Shown here: in pieces, positions 17,408 to 26,278 of the stretch
How the letters are laid out: each line of letters starts with the position of its first letter
Position numbering within the stretch: position 1 is the first letter of the stretch
From: a virus
Length of the DNA stretch: 64,000 nt
Virus record (IMG/VR): IMGVR_UViG_3300042359_000621
Strand: one strand, 5' to 3'
Program-made: the position numbers and the translations under genes
Notes under the pieces: generated by a model
Databases searched by the model: none
Seen by the model: only the letters and a program-made list of their open reading frames with translations
Told to the model about the DNA's origin: nothing

Positions 17408-17638
17408 ATGGCAAGCGACAAGAAAAACAGAATTAACTCAACGCTCCCGGAATTCCATCGGAAATGGTTAAAGGTATGGGCTTTCCTGAAGTGCACCACG
17501 CCGACCGCATTGGCTGGCAATATTCTCCAGGCTAGGATCGAAGCTAACCTAGACTTGATTAGTCGGATGTTAGCAGAAAGGTCTGAAGATTTGGGGATAT
17601 CTTCAGACGAGTTAATCAATCGGATTTTGGATGAATAG
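17408..17638 (+). CDS. ribbon-helix-helix (Arc/CopG-like) regulator
   Basis: ..RINSTLPEFHRKWLKVWAFLKCTTPTALAGNIL.. has a strand-helix-helix pattern. Confidence 0.5.
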   Translation: MASDKKNRINSTLPEFHRKWLKVWAFLKCTTPTALAGNILQARIEANLDLISRMLAERSEDLGISSDELINRILDE

Positions 17639-17971
17639 CTAAAACAAACTTAATTGACCCTCATTAGCAACCGCTTTACGTTTTGGATTGTTCCACGATT
17701 CCCCACGACTGTTGACACAGTTTCGCCAGTCGGGATAGGTTCTGAATGGTTGTTTCAGAGCCACAAATTTCGGAACGAGTTTCAATTCCTCAAGCCAGAT
17801 TTTATAAGGGGAATATTCTCTGGCTCCGAATGGATACCGCGCATTGACATATTCCCGTGCGTCTTGTGGGTTAATTTCTTGACCGAGGCAAGCGCATTGT
17901 GCTTCATATTCAAGGAGGGAGTTTGCAATCTTTGATATTGAACAATCGCGCCAAGACATTGATTTTTTCAT
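17639..17971 (-). CDS. hypothetical protein
   Basis: ORF in leftward array. Confidence 0.5.
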   Translation of the reverse strand: MKKSMSWRDCSISKIANSLLEYEAQCACLGQEINPQDAREYVNARYPFGAREYSPYKIWLEELKLVPKFVALKQPFRTYPDWRNCVNSRGESWNNPKRKAVANEGQLSLF

Positions 17972-18264
17972 TACTTAACAAGTGTGGGACTAAAATCAAC
18001 CTCACAATCCAAGTCCCAAAATAGATTGGCAGAGGTTCTATATAGGCAAAAAACACGGTCACTCTCAAGATCAATTAAGTAACATTCTTGCCTTTTGTCT
18101 TCCTGGTTCCAATGTTCGCCCGTTGATTGGCAGTCATTGGGGTCAATTAATTGACTTTCTAATTTGCGACGATCCTCTATTCTTAACATCCGAGAATCAA
18201 ACCCTCGTTTTTCAACAGATGACAGCCAATTGTATAATCGTCGAGACCCAGTAACTTTAATCAT
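17971..18264 (-). CDS. hypothetical protein
   Basis: 1-nt overlap with downstream gene. Confidence 0.5.
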   Translation of the reverse strand: MIKVTGSRRLYNWLSSVEKRGFDSRMLRIEDRRKLESQLIDPNDCQSTGEHWNQEDKRQECYLIDLESDRVFCLYRTSANLFWDLDCEVDFSPTLVK

Positions 18265-18417
18265 TTAATTACCCTCCGAACTAGGATAGTTAAGCCAATA
18301 CCAAAACGTGATTAATTGATAGTTGGCTGGGTTTCTGTGGCGGATAATATTACGCCATAGTCTGAAGTTAGTCTTGTAGTCATGTGACCCGTCGCGCCAT
18401 AAGTTAATTAGATTCAT
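18265..18417 (-). CDS. 50-aa protein (below ORF-track cutoff)
   Basis: Hand translation MNLINLWRDGSHDYKTNFRLWRN..; its TAA directly abuts the next ATG and fills an otherwise empty gap. Confidence 0.4.
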   Translation of the reverse strand: MNLINLWRDGSHDYKTNFRLWRNIIRHRNPANYQLITFWYWLNYPSSEGN

Positions 18418-18425
18418 GCTGTCCT

Positions 18426-18686
18426 TTACTTTCTAGGGTTTAGCGATCGCCTATAAATTGCCATCGCTCTAATGTGGTTTGGATCATTGATATTTTCATG
18501 ACACTGAATCCAATTTCTTATCAGCGTCAAATTGTACAAATATCCCGCCCGATTCCCGCCAGGGCGTTTGTAATAATGAATTTTGTCAATCCATTTTTTA
18601 CGATAATGTTTGACGGAATCGGCACTCCTCAGTCCCAAGAGTTGGGCGGCTTCCGTCTTGGAGCCAAATTCGTAGGCTGCAATCAT
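18426..18686 (-). CDS. HTH protein (excisionase/MerR-like)
   Basis: ..SKTEAAQLLGLRSADSVKHYRKK.. Confidence 0.45.
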   Translation of the reverse strand: MIAAYEFGSKTEAAQLLGLRSADSVKHYRKKWIDKIHYYKRPGGNRAGYLYNLTLIRNWIQCHENINDPNHIRAMAIYRRSLNPRK

Positions 18687-19114
18687 AAACCTTGAATCCT
18701 TAACTGAATAGGAACCTCGTTAATCTCCAACAATCCTTTTTTAGAAAGTTTTGCCAATTCAACCTGAACATCTTGCACGTCGAATTTAATTTCTTTCTCC
18801 TTCCCCAATGGAGTTACGCCAGAACAGTCAAGTATTGTGATCAGATTTTCTGGTGTAACTTCTAAATCTTTATTGCAGCCATAAAGAAGACGAAGCATAT
18901 AGAGAATGTAGACAGATTTGTTTATTCCCCCTGCTATTAAATCCGATTGCAAATTATAAACAGATTGGACTAATTTACCCTGTTCATTCATCACTGTCCC
19001 CATATTTTTCTCTGGGAATTGGACAATATTTTCTTCCGTCGCCTCTGCATTTCCTAGCGAATACTCTCCCACAAACATGGTTTTCCTCCTATTTAGTAAA
19101 TGCAATCTTGGCAT
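18683..19114 (-). CDS. hypothetical protein
   Basis: 4-nt overlap with downstream gene. Confidence 0.5.
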   Translation of the reverse strand: MPRLHLLNRRKTMFVGEYSLGNAEATEENIVQFPEKNMGTVMNEQGKLVQSVYNLQSDLIAGGINKSVYILYMLRLLYGCNKDLEVTPENLITILDCSGVTPLGKEKEIKFDVQDVQVELAKLSKKGLLEINEVPIQLRIQGL

Positions 19115-19379
19115 CCCAGAGGGTTTGAAGCCACTGGTTTTGAGTTGGCATTAAGTGTTCGTTATTTTTGAATGGATAGGGGAATATTCTCCTTGCTATT
19201 TTAGACGCTAGGATCGCGTCTTTTTTAGAGTGAAAATACCCTGGGAAACATCGCCCCGATGCCAAGTGAGTGACACCCCAATAATCGTCATCAAGTCGGT
19301 TAACGGCTAACCATTTACGGACTGTTGCCTTTATTTTCCAGCGCCCATAAATAGTATGGGTTACAATCGTTTTTCTCAT
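19089..19379 (-). CDS. hypothetical protein
   Basis: ORF in array. Confidence 0.45.
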   Translation of the reverse strand: MRKTIVTHTIYGRWKIKATVRKWLAVNRLDDDYWGVTHLASGRCFPGYFHSKKDAILASKIARRIFPYPFKNNEHLMPTQNQWLQTLWDAKIAFTK

Positions 19380-19567
19380 GACTCAACCCTTGTTCTTGTG
19401 ATAACTGAAACGGGAACTCCGTCCCAATCTTCCTGGATATAGTATCTACCAGTGCCAGATTTGTTCATTTCCTCGCACTTTTTCCGAGCTTGATTAAATC
19501 TCGGATAAGACGCGATAATAACGCCTTTTCCTAGTTCCCAAATCGCGTAGCCCTTCTGTTTACTCAT
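19376..19567 (-). CDS. hypothetical protein
   Basis: ORF in array. Confidence 0.45.
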   Translation of the reverse strand: MSKQKGYAIWELGKGVIIASYPRFNQARKKCEEMNKSGTGRYYIQEDWDGVPVSVITRTRVES

Positions 19568-19913
19568 TACCTTTCTGTATTCGTCTTAGTGTTAATTTGG
19601 CATATTCAATGGCAAAAAATATGCCCCCCTCATACTGTTCTATGAGGTGTTCTGCAAACTCCTGATTTAGAGTTGGCAATTTGCAAAACAATTGTTGATA
19701 AATTTCCTCCGGTTGTGAGGTTTTTTTTGCTGACCGGAATGATGGGGCGACCCTACCGTAATCGGCAGGGAGTTCCCCGACTCGCTTCCACTGGAAAAGC
19801 GTGGCTCTCCCTATCCCAAGATTTCGAGATATCTCCGTCAGGCTTTTGCCCGACTTAATAGCTTCGTAAGCTATTTTCCTAATTTCTGGAGAATAACGCT
19901 TCGTACTTGACAT
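19560..19913 (-). CDS. HTH protein (IS-OrfA/resolvase-type HTH)
   Basis: ..KSGKSLTEISRNLGIGRATLFQWKR.. Confidence 0.55.
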   Translation of the reverse strand: MSSTKRYSPEIRKIAYEAIKSGKSLTEISRNLGIGRATLFQWKRVGELPADYGRVAPSFRSAKKTSQPEEIYQQLFCKLPTLNQEFAEHLIEQYEGGIFFAIEYAKLTLRRIQKGNE

Positions 19914-20048
19914 CTGGTTTCTGGTTAATGGTTATTGGGTTAAAAAAAGGGTGTAACTAGAGGGCTTTCCACCCCAGGAGATTCTTACTTACAAACACAA
20001 TTAAATGATCTTTGTCTGGACATCACCTCCTTTCTGTCTTAAATTTAT

Positions 20049-20483
20049 TCAACACTCTGAAATATAGGTATAAGCATCATTTTGAAACTGCTCATTTTCC
20101 CGCAAAGATTGATGGTACTCTCCCATCTTTTTCAATGCGTGACCAAAATGTTTTAATGTCCCTCCCTCAAGTTTTATTAAATAAGATCCATTGTTGTTGA
20201 AATAATTAGGAAATCTCGATGAAATTGGACTATACCAATACAAATACATTTCATCATCTCCAATGAGCAGACCGATGTCACCTTGAAACATTTTTTCATC
20301 TTCATCAGAAAAGTCTTCAACCTTTTCTAATGTTTCGGATTTGATCGTGTGACACAAAAACGTAACGTCCGATACTATACTTGTGTCAATCTCTATGTCT
20401 AAAATGCCTGTTGTGGCTTCTAATGTCAGGTTGCTTCCCTGACTTAATAAATTTATTAAAACCTGTAATTGTGGTGTTAGCAT
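20049..20483 (-). CDS. hypothetical acidic protein
   Basis: ORF in array. Confidence 0.45.
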   Translation of the reverse strand: MLTPQLQVLINLLSQGSNLTLEATTGILDIEIDTSIVSDVTFLCHTIKSETLEKVEDFSDEDEKMFQGDIGLLIGDDEMYLYWYSPISSRFPNYFNNNGSYLIKLEGGTLKHFGHALKKMGEYHQSLRENEQFQNDAYTYISEC

Positions 20484-20755
20484 ACATCTCCAAGTGATAA
20501 AACATAAACTTCTGTCCCTTGTTCAATTGTTCCTTCGCTCCATTCAGGCTTGGGGATTCCCTTAGAGATTCCCAACAATTCAACAGTTATCGAGGGGACG
20601 CTGTTGCCGTATCCGTTGGTAAATCGGATATGGGTTAGTGGCTTATTGAATCGGGATTGATAGTAAGGTTTAATCTCCCGATATTCCTCTAGCTTCACGC
20701 CGGAGGCTATCATGTCAAACCACTTTTTCTTGATGGCTAGAGTTAAGGTTTTCAT
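20477..20755 (-). CDS. ASCH-domain-like protein
   Basis: MKTLTLAIKKKWFDMIASGVKLEEYREIKPYY resembles the ASCH N-terminal signature. Confidence 0.55.
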   Translation of the reverse strand: MKTLTLAIKKKWFDMIASGVKLEEYREIKPYYQSRFNKPLTHIRFTNGYGNSVPSITVELLGISKGIPKPEWSEGTIEQGTEVYVLSLGDVC

Positions 20756-20997
20756 AACCCTTTTCCTGCTCTCATAAGTTCATTGATCCAGCGAGTGCGA
20801 TCGCGCCCCGCTTGTTGACCATCTTCATAACACCCTTGATCAAGGTGTGCTATTACTTCATCCCCTTTCAGGAGCCACCATTTCCGGTGATAAGGGACAG
20901 AACCCGTAGCGGTTCCCCAGAGTTCAACGCCTTCGGGCATCGCGTAATAATCTTTGTCGTAATTTGAAGCCACCCGTCTAATTTCTGATGCGTTCAT
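20752..20997 (-). CDS. hypothetical protein
   Basis: 4-nt overlap with downstream gene. Confidence 0.5.
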   Translation of the reverse strand: MNASEIRRVASNYDKDYYAMPEGVELWGTATGSVPYHRKWWLLKGDEVIAHLDQGCYEDGQQAGRDRTRWINELMRAGKGL

Positions 20998-21017
20998 AAT
21001 TCTCTTATTTATGCTGG

Positions 21018-21047
21018 GTTTTGAATTGGGGGAATTTCACCCCCTGA
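21018..21047 (-). repeat. G5/C5 hairpin element, copy 1
   Basis: Minus strand GGGGGTGAAATTCCCCCAATTCAAAAC; intercistronic. Confidence 0.65.
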
Positions 21048-21087
21048 GTTAATCAGTCAAGAACCAAGGCAATTGTTAACCTGAGTT

Positions 21088-21351
21088 TTAGTCTTCGATA
21101 ATTTTGATGCCGAAGTATTTCTCAAAATTTTCGTAGTCGTCAGATTCGCGGATATAAATATCTAATCCGTTACCGTTTTGGACAAAACCTCGGATATCCT
21201 TTGTTCCTTCTGGTAGATCATCCTCACCACCCAATAGGCAGGAATATCGGATTTCCTCTATATATTCGTCTTCGGTTAATTCAGCACCTTTACTTGATTG
21301 ATATTCCCCATCTGTTGATGTAGGAGTAATTGAGTAGAAATATTTCGGCAT
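21088..21351 (-). CDS. hypothetical acidic protein
   Basis: Start at MPKYFYS (21351, AGGAAAG upstream) leaves the hairpin element intergenic. Confidence 0.45.
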   Translation of the reverse strand: MPKYFYSITPTSTDGEYQSSKGAELTEDEYIEEIRYSCLLGGEDDLPEGTKDIRGFVQNGNGLDIYIRESDDYENFEKYFGIKIIED

Positions 21352-21380
21352 AACTTTCCTGGTTTCTTTTGTGTAGAGTG

Positions 21381-21409
21381 GTTTGAATTGGGGGAATTTC
21401 ACCCCCAGG
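21381..21409 (-). repeat. G5/C5 hairpin element, copy 2
   Basis: Minus strand GGGGGTGAAATTCCCCCAATTCAAACC, near-identical to copy 1. Confidence 0.65.
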
Positions 21410-21415
21410 AGTTGT

Positions 21416-22264
21416 TTAGAAATCAATACCCGCAGCCGCCAATGCCTCTAAGTCACTAACAGGGGGTAATGCTGCCATAATTTGATCGGGTTGGATCAAT
21501 GGGCGTTTAGGCTGTAACCCTTGCCAGGTAAATTCTTTAGCCCGTGCATTGTACCCAACAAAATAGTTTTTCCAGGTTTCTAATGTTGGGTTTTCAAATC
21601 CTGCAACTTTACAAGCGGGGGATTTTGTTTCATCGCCTGCCATCTCGCGTTTAACCTCAAAAGCAAAAACGCATAAACTCTTGAATGTCATCGCTTTTTC
21701 ACTAGCAGGAATTTGGTTTTCAATGGCATGACAAGATGTAATTGCCGTTATGAATTTTCCCCATTCAACAGAAAAGGTCGCTTGAGCAGCACCAGTAAGT
21801 TTTAGGCTCAAGGGAATTTGGTGCAGAGGAATGTTTTTTGCATCCAAAAGAAATACATCAAACGCTTGAAAATTAGTGAAGTCTTTATTAGCTTTATGGA
21901 TATTTTTTTTATAATATCCATCAAAAACATTCGTTTGCTGTTCTTTTGTCGCAGTTTTATTGAGTGCCAAAACCGGAGTCCGAGGACACACTAACATCCG
22001 CATCTTTTTAAACGACAAACCTTGTTCAGTCTCACCGCTTGCAAAAACATATTCAATTAAATCTTTTTTGTCAAAATTATTCCATCCGGCTTTTGCGGCT
22101 TGGTTAATTTCGATAAAATACCCGCACTGTTTGGGGTCTTCTCCGCGTAAGGCTTGAATCCGGGGAAGCCGTGCATTAGGGTCTAAATATTCCTCGGATG
22201 CAAATTCATCGCGTTGAACTTGCATTAATTGATCTTGGTCAACATGGTCAATAGTTGAAGTCAT
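21416..22264 (-). CDS. hypothetical protein (largest early gene; function unknown)
   Basis: 282-aa ORF; no motif I can name. Confidence 0.55.
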   Translation of the reverse strand: MTSTIDHVDQDQLMQVQRDEFASEEYLDPNARLPRIQALRGEDPKQCGYFIEINQAAKAGWNNFDKKDLIEYVFASGETEQGLSFKKMRMLVCPRTPVLALNKTATKEQQTNVFDGYYKKNIHKANKDFTNFQAFDVFLLDAKNIPLHQIPLSLKLTGAAQATFSVEWGKFITAITSCHAIENQIPASEKAMTFKSLCVFAFEVKREMAGDETKSPACKVAGFENPTLETWKNYFVGYNARAKEFTWQGLQPKRPLIQPDQIMAALPPVSDLEALAAAGIDF

Positions 22265-22355
22265 TGTTTTAACTTGATTTCTGTGGGTTTATTCGGGCTT
22301 AATCGCACCGCCCCAACGCCTCACAATCGCACTATGAAGCGTAAGGGAAAAACGA

Positions 22356-22592
22356 TTACTGATTACGCTCTTTGTACATATCAAAAGGATAAAAGTCGTC
22401 ATCCGGCATTTCGGGAAAGAAGCCGTCGCTACCATCGGCAAATAGAATAATTCCCCCTGAGTTGTTGGGGTTCTTGATAAAAATGTCCCCTTCTGGATTT
22501 GAGAAATAATCCAGACTTAAACTAGATCCACGATCAGATCCAATCTCATAGGCTCTATCTAAATTTTTTCTGTCCATGTTAGTTTTCTCCAA
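22356..22592 (-). CDS. hypothetical protein
   Basis: ORF in array. Confidence 0.45.
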   Translation of the reverse strand: MEKTNMDRKNLDRAYEIGSDRGSSLSLDYFSNPEGDIFIKNPNNSGGIILFADGSDGFFPEMPDDDFYPFDMYKERNQ

Positions 22593-22782
22593 GAATCGAA
22601 TTAATTAATTCGTTAAACTCATTCATCGTTCCACGGGGAACCTGTGAGATGACTAAAGGAATTAGCTTGTCGTCAATCTCCACACACCGGGCATTTGTTC
22701 CCTGTTTGTGAAAAGGGATCGAATCCCTTTCTTTAATTAATCTGGCAAATTCTTCAGCTAACTGCTTAACATCCACATCCAT
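22579..22782 (-). CDS. hypothetical protein
   Basis: ORF in array. Confidence 0.45.
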   Translation of the reverse strand: MDVDVKQLAEEFARLIKERDSIPFHKQGTNARCVEIDDKLIPLVISQVPRGTMNEFNELINSILGEN

Positions 22783-23303
22783 TACGCCACCTCCTCGTCA
22801 ACCCAAGACTGTTCAACCAAAGCATCAACAGCCAACTGAAAACTCCCATGTCGGGATTGGGAATATTGAAACCCTTTCCCGTGTACCAACATCTCAGAAA
22901 CCGCATAATAATCAGATTTGTAGTTCACTACATAGCCCAGTTTGCAGCCGGTTTCATAGATGGCTGTACCTTTTGATTTTGCTAAGGAAACAATCATTTC
23001 TTGAGTTGGTTGATTCGCGTCGATTAATTCCCGTTTTTGGGAACAGATTAGCTCCCAATAGAATGAGAACTGATCCGCACCAATCAGAATCGCGCCACCA
23101 TCTGCTAACACAAATTTCAAGATGTCGTGATTGGTAAAGATACCTGTTATCTGTTCGGGCGTGGGATTGATTTGTCCGAATGTATCCCAAGCAATGACTT
23201 GGGCAGCGATGGTCTTGTCTAGTGCTAACGCCATGATTTCCCCTGAAATCAGAGGGGCGGGCGCTGTCTGAACTTGACTTGTTTGGACGGTTGTTGCTAT
23301 CAT
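22782..23303 (-). CDS. hypothetical protein (first gene after early promoter)
   Basis: 1-nt overlap with next gene; the nested 22954..23340 ORF was discarded. Confidence 0.5.
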   Translation of the reverse strand: MIATTVQTSQVQTAPAPLISGEIMALALDKTIAAQVIAWDTFGQINPTPEQITGIFTNHDILKFVLADGGAILIGADQFSFYWELICSQKRELIDANQPTQEMIVSLAKSKGTAIYETGCKLGYVVNYKSDYYAVSEMLVHGKGFQYSQSRHGSFQLAVDALVEQSWVDEEVA

Positions 23304-23385
23304 GGTTTAGTTGGGTTTTGACCCGTAAGGCGGTTGGCACTGATGTTGTAGTCGGGTGCTGACCGCTTTTGGCTTTGTACCTACA

Positions 23386-23414
23386 ATCTTATAGTAATCT
23401 AATTACTATGTCAA
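23386..23414 (-). promoter_or_regulatory. early leftward promoter with palindromic operator in the spacer
   Basis: TTGACA (23414..23409), 17-nt spacer TAGTAAT-TAG-ATTACTA (palindrome), TAAGAT (23391..23386). Confidence 0.5.
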
Positions 23415-23522
23415 GGGGTTTCGGAAAAATTCTTGTTACTACACAAAAAGAAGTTTAGGTATTGGCGGCAAGGCTTGTACAGAAAGGCATTTAGCTTATG
23501 CGGTTACAATCGACAATCACTC

Positions 23523-23795
23523 TCATCGCTTCTGACTAAAGGACTTGATTGTCACGGTAGGGAACAGGTCTCGGATATCAGCACCGAGGGTCTTTAAAAC
23601 AAAATCCAATCTTTCACGACTAACAGATGCAACTTTTCCCTGTTCCCATTTGAGGATTGTGTCAAAGGAAACCGTTGGCTCCGTAAGGGTTGCAAGTTTT
23701 TTTTGCGATATGTTTTTGGCATTTCTTACATCTTGCAATCTAGTCCCAACGTCCTTATCCCAAGCAATTTGGACAATACAGTTATATGGAATCAT
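23523..23795 (-). CDS. XRE-family HTH regulator (Cro/CI-like)
   Basis: ..LQDVRNAKNISQKKLATLTEPTVSFDTILKWEQGK..; start at 23795 has GAGGAG upstream, but the N-terminus is uncertain. Confidence 0.65.
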   Translation of the reverse strand: MIPYNCIVQIAWDKDVGTRLQDVRNAKNISQKKLATLTEPTVSFDTILKWEQGKVASVSRERLDFVLKTLGADIRDLFPTVTIKSFSQKR

Positions 23796-24237
23796 AATCT
23801 CCTCTTCTTGATCTTTCGGTATAGTATTGACATTACTACCTTTTTGTTCTAACATAGCAATATTGTAGGAATCTGGCAAGACCAAATCACCAGATTCCTG
23901 CACCCCCTGAAACAACAAGCCTTGGATCGGCTTTGTAAATCGTAAGGGGAAAAACCCGAAAAGGAAAATGCCTATGGGATGAAACTGAACGGGCAGATTG
24001 TAGAACACCTAAATACCAGAGGGAAGATTCAAGCATTCCCTTTGGTTTCCTAAATAATGAAATGAAAAAAATAGCGATAGCGATTGCGATTGCGATTTTT
24101 GCAGTCATAAATTGTTTATTAATTTTCTGTGATGATTCGCAGAAAATCGGGGAAAATTCCCCGTCGGAAGAGCAACCCAAACGGGGAGATGGTCGAAGAA
24201 GCTGATCATCATTTTCCCTAAAAATTTTGAGGAAAAT

Positions 24238-24516
24238 ATGAAGATTTCAATTTCAGAAGAATTGGATGACATTGGAATGTCCGCCGAAGCATTCCGAGTC
24301 TATTTTGCGATCGTTTGCCATATTGCAAATCACGAGACGTTTCCAACGGTTGATCAAATCACATCAAAATGTTTTTCCAGACGACGCGCGTCTGGAAAAA
24401 CGCAGACAAGGCTTGCGTTGCGCGAGCTAATTAAGCTCGGTTTAATTAGCGGTGATATCGAAACGGAAAACTATACCTTAGTTCATCCCAGTAAGTGGGA
24501 AGTGGGGGCTGTATGA
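24238..24516 (+). CDS. winged-helix-like DNA-binding protein, first gene of replication operon
   Basis: ..FRVYFAIVCH..FPTVDQITSKC..LRELIKLGLI.. Confidence 0.5.
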   Translation: MKISISEELDDIGMSAEAFRVYFAIVCHIANHETFPTVDQITSKCFSRRRASGKTQTRLALRELIKLGLISGDIETENYTLVHPSKWEVGAV

Positions 24517-25688
24517 AACCATCTATTCTAGCCGCCTTTGCAGAAGCCGTCCCCTATATCCCCGGACTCAGACAGCAAACAGGGAGCGTAGTAGCCACGA
24601 TTCTTATGATGCAACTTGAGTATCGTTTCGCAAAGTATCCAGACGGGTTTTATAAGTTTTTAGAACCCCCTCAAAACGGACATCAGGACTACAGGCTTGG
24701 GGATAGTTGGGTTGAGGAACTCGCTTTTTCTAAAGAAGAATTTAGGACTGGGTTTGACAAGATTGGAGTCCGTTACAACTCCAAAACCCAGTATGACGAA
24801 GCAAAATCTAGCGGATCGGAATTTGGTTGTAATTACTACTGTTCTTACGTTGACCGGAGGTCGGGGTTAACTTTCTACTTTCGGAATCACAGCAAGGTAG
24901 ATGAGCTAATTTCCGATATCGAACCCAGGCAAAAATCAGTGGGTTTTCGCCCACGGAAAACTAGACCCCAAATGGTAGATCCCAATCTACAGGAAATCGG
25001 GAATCCCAATTTACTGAATATGGTAAATCCCAATTTACCATCATCGGGAATCCCAATTTACCAGAGTGGTGAATCCCAATTTCCTATTCCTTATATAGAT
25101 ATTTCAGAAAAGACTTCAGAAAAGACTCCAGAAAATACCCCCCTTACCCCCCAAGGGGAATCGGAGGAGGGGGGGATTCAGAACGAAGCCGTTTTGATTT
25201 CAAACGAAGACCAGGGGAAAGAGCTTACCGAGGACTCTGCTACACAGCAAAGTCAAAAAGAGAATCACCGACCTGAACAAAATCTTAATCCGGTGATCAG
25301 ACATTCCGCCGCCGTCGAGTCCGATCCTCGATTTCTACCAACGGACGCAACAGCAGACAATATGAAAACTTGGAACGCAATTGTGGCGACCGGAGCCATG
25401 AGAGGTGAGCGATCGCCCGACCCTGAGTTTTTGGAATATTACAGGGGGCTATTAAGCAAATGCACTCATTACAGGGGCAAAGACTGTAATTCAAACCATG
25501 CCAAATCTTCCCTTGCTCAGAAATGGAAATCCGAGCCACTAAAAATCCTTGCCGATGCCGAGTCGTGGTTGAAATCAAAAGCCAAGTTTAGCGGTGGCAA
25601 ATCAACCCAGACCCGCAATATCAGCGAACTTTCTAGGGATGAACGCCTCGCCATCCTGAGAGCCAAACGCGAACAAAAAGGAGCCTAA
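24513..25688 (+). CDS. putative replication initiator (contains its own iterons)
   Basis: ATGA overlap start at 24513; lies upstream of DnaB; five iterons plus an AT-rich tract inside the ORF (lambda O-like logic). Confidence 0.5.
   Translation: MKPSILAAFAEAVPYIPGLRQQTGSVVATILMMQLEYRFAKYPDGFYKFLEPPQNGHQDYRLGDSWVEELAFSKEEFRTGFDKIGVRYNSKTQYDEAKSSGSEFGCNYYCSYVDRRSGLTFYFRNHSKVDELISDIEPRQKSVGFRPRKTRPQMVDPNLQEIGNPNLLNMVNPNLPSSGIPIYQSGESQFPIPYIDISEKTSEKTPENTPLTPQGESEEGGIQNEAVLISNEDQGKELTEDSATQQSQKENHRPEQNLNPVIRHSAAVESDPRFLPTDATADNMKTWNAIVATGAMRGERSPDPEFLEYYRGLLSKCTHYRGKDCNSNHAKSSLAQKWKSEPLKILADAESWLKSKAKFSGGKSTQTRNISELSRDERLAILRAKREQKGA
24977..25084 (+). repeat. five iterons (R)ATCCCAAT(T/C)TAC, spacing 23-24 bp
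   Basis: TCCCAAT cores start at 24980, 25004, 25028, 25051 and 25074. Confidence 0.85.
25103..25138 (+). repeat. 3 x 12-bp tandem repeat TTCAGAAAAGAC
   Basis: Copies at 25103-14, 25115-26 and 25127-38 (third degenerate), just after AT-rich 25081-25102. Confidence 0.8.
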
Positions 25689-25690
25689 CC

Positions 25691-26278
25691 ATGACCGAGC
25701 TTAACGATGAAATCTTTGATCAGGGAATTGAAAACCTGAAAGAAAATTTTTCCGACGCGATTTTCACCGAACTCAAATATGAAATTTGGTTCGACAAACT
25801 CTCTCAGGAGTTATCAGCTGAAGAATTTGAGACTGCAATCCGTGAGGCAATTTTCAACCTTAGCAAGTGTCCCACGGGAAAAGAGCTTGTAAGCCTCGTT
25901 AAAGAATCCGAACGTGAGTTAGTAAGTAACTGTTGGTCAAGATGCCTAGAATCGCTTGCTAAACGCCTCCCGTTGAATAATTTAGACGATGCGAGTCAAT
26001 ATGCAATCGTTCAACTCGGAGGGATGTCTCACCTTGGGTCGATTGAAAGTACCCAACTCAACTACCTGAGCAACGATTTCAAGACTCATTGGCAAGCCTA
26101 CCGAAAAGCCCCGCGAGAATTTGAGCGTCCCACGCAGGTCATCCCCCGTGAGCAAATCGAGTTCAAGCCCAATGGACTCAAGCCACAGATTTCAGAGGAA
26201 CAGAAGTTAAAAAATCAGGAATTTCTAAATAACCTGATCGCCACAAAAATGAATAAAAACTTAAATGGAGCGAAATAA
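25691..26278 (+). CDS. hypothetical replication-module protein (helicase-loader position)
   Basis: Lies between initiator and DnaB; 1-nt overlap with dnaB. Confidence 0.45.
   Translation: MTELNDEIFDQGIENLKENFSDAIFTELKYEIWFDKLSQELSAEEFETAIREAIFNLSKCPTGKELVSLVKESERELVSNCWSRCLESLAKRLPLNNLDDASQYAIVQLGGMSHLGSIESTQLNYLSNDFKTHWQAYRKAPREFERPTQVIPREQIEFKPNGLKPQISEEQKLKNQEFLNNLIATKMNKNLNGAK

Noticed and set aside
17026-17619. 197-aa minus-strand ORF
   Set aside because: Its N-terminal 108 aa are low-quality sequence antisense to a well-formed RHH gene (17408..17638). An internal ATG at 17295 gives a compact gene and leaves a sensible divergent control region.
23887-24180. 97-aa ORF containing AIAIAIAI
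   Set aside because: It is driven by the (GCGATN)4 microrepeat in the divergent regulatory region and overlaps the spurious N-terminal extension of the XRE ORF.
24977-25138. Possible CRISPR array (also considered for 32999-33036)
   Set aside because: Repeats are 10-14 bp with 10-24-bp periodicity, there are no unique spacers of CRISPR size, and no cas genes are present. They fit iterons and integrase arm sites instead.
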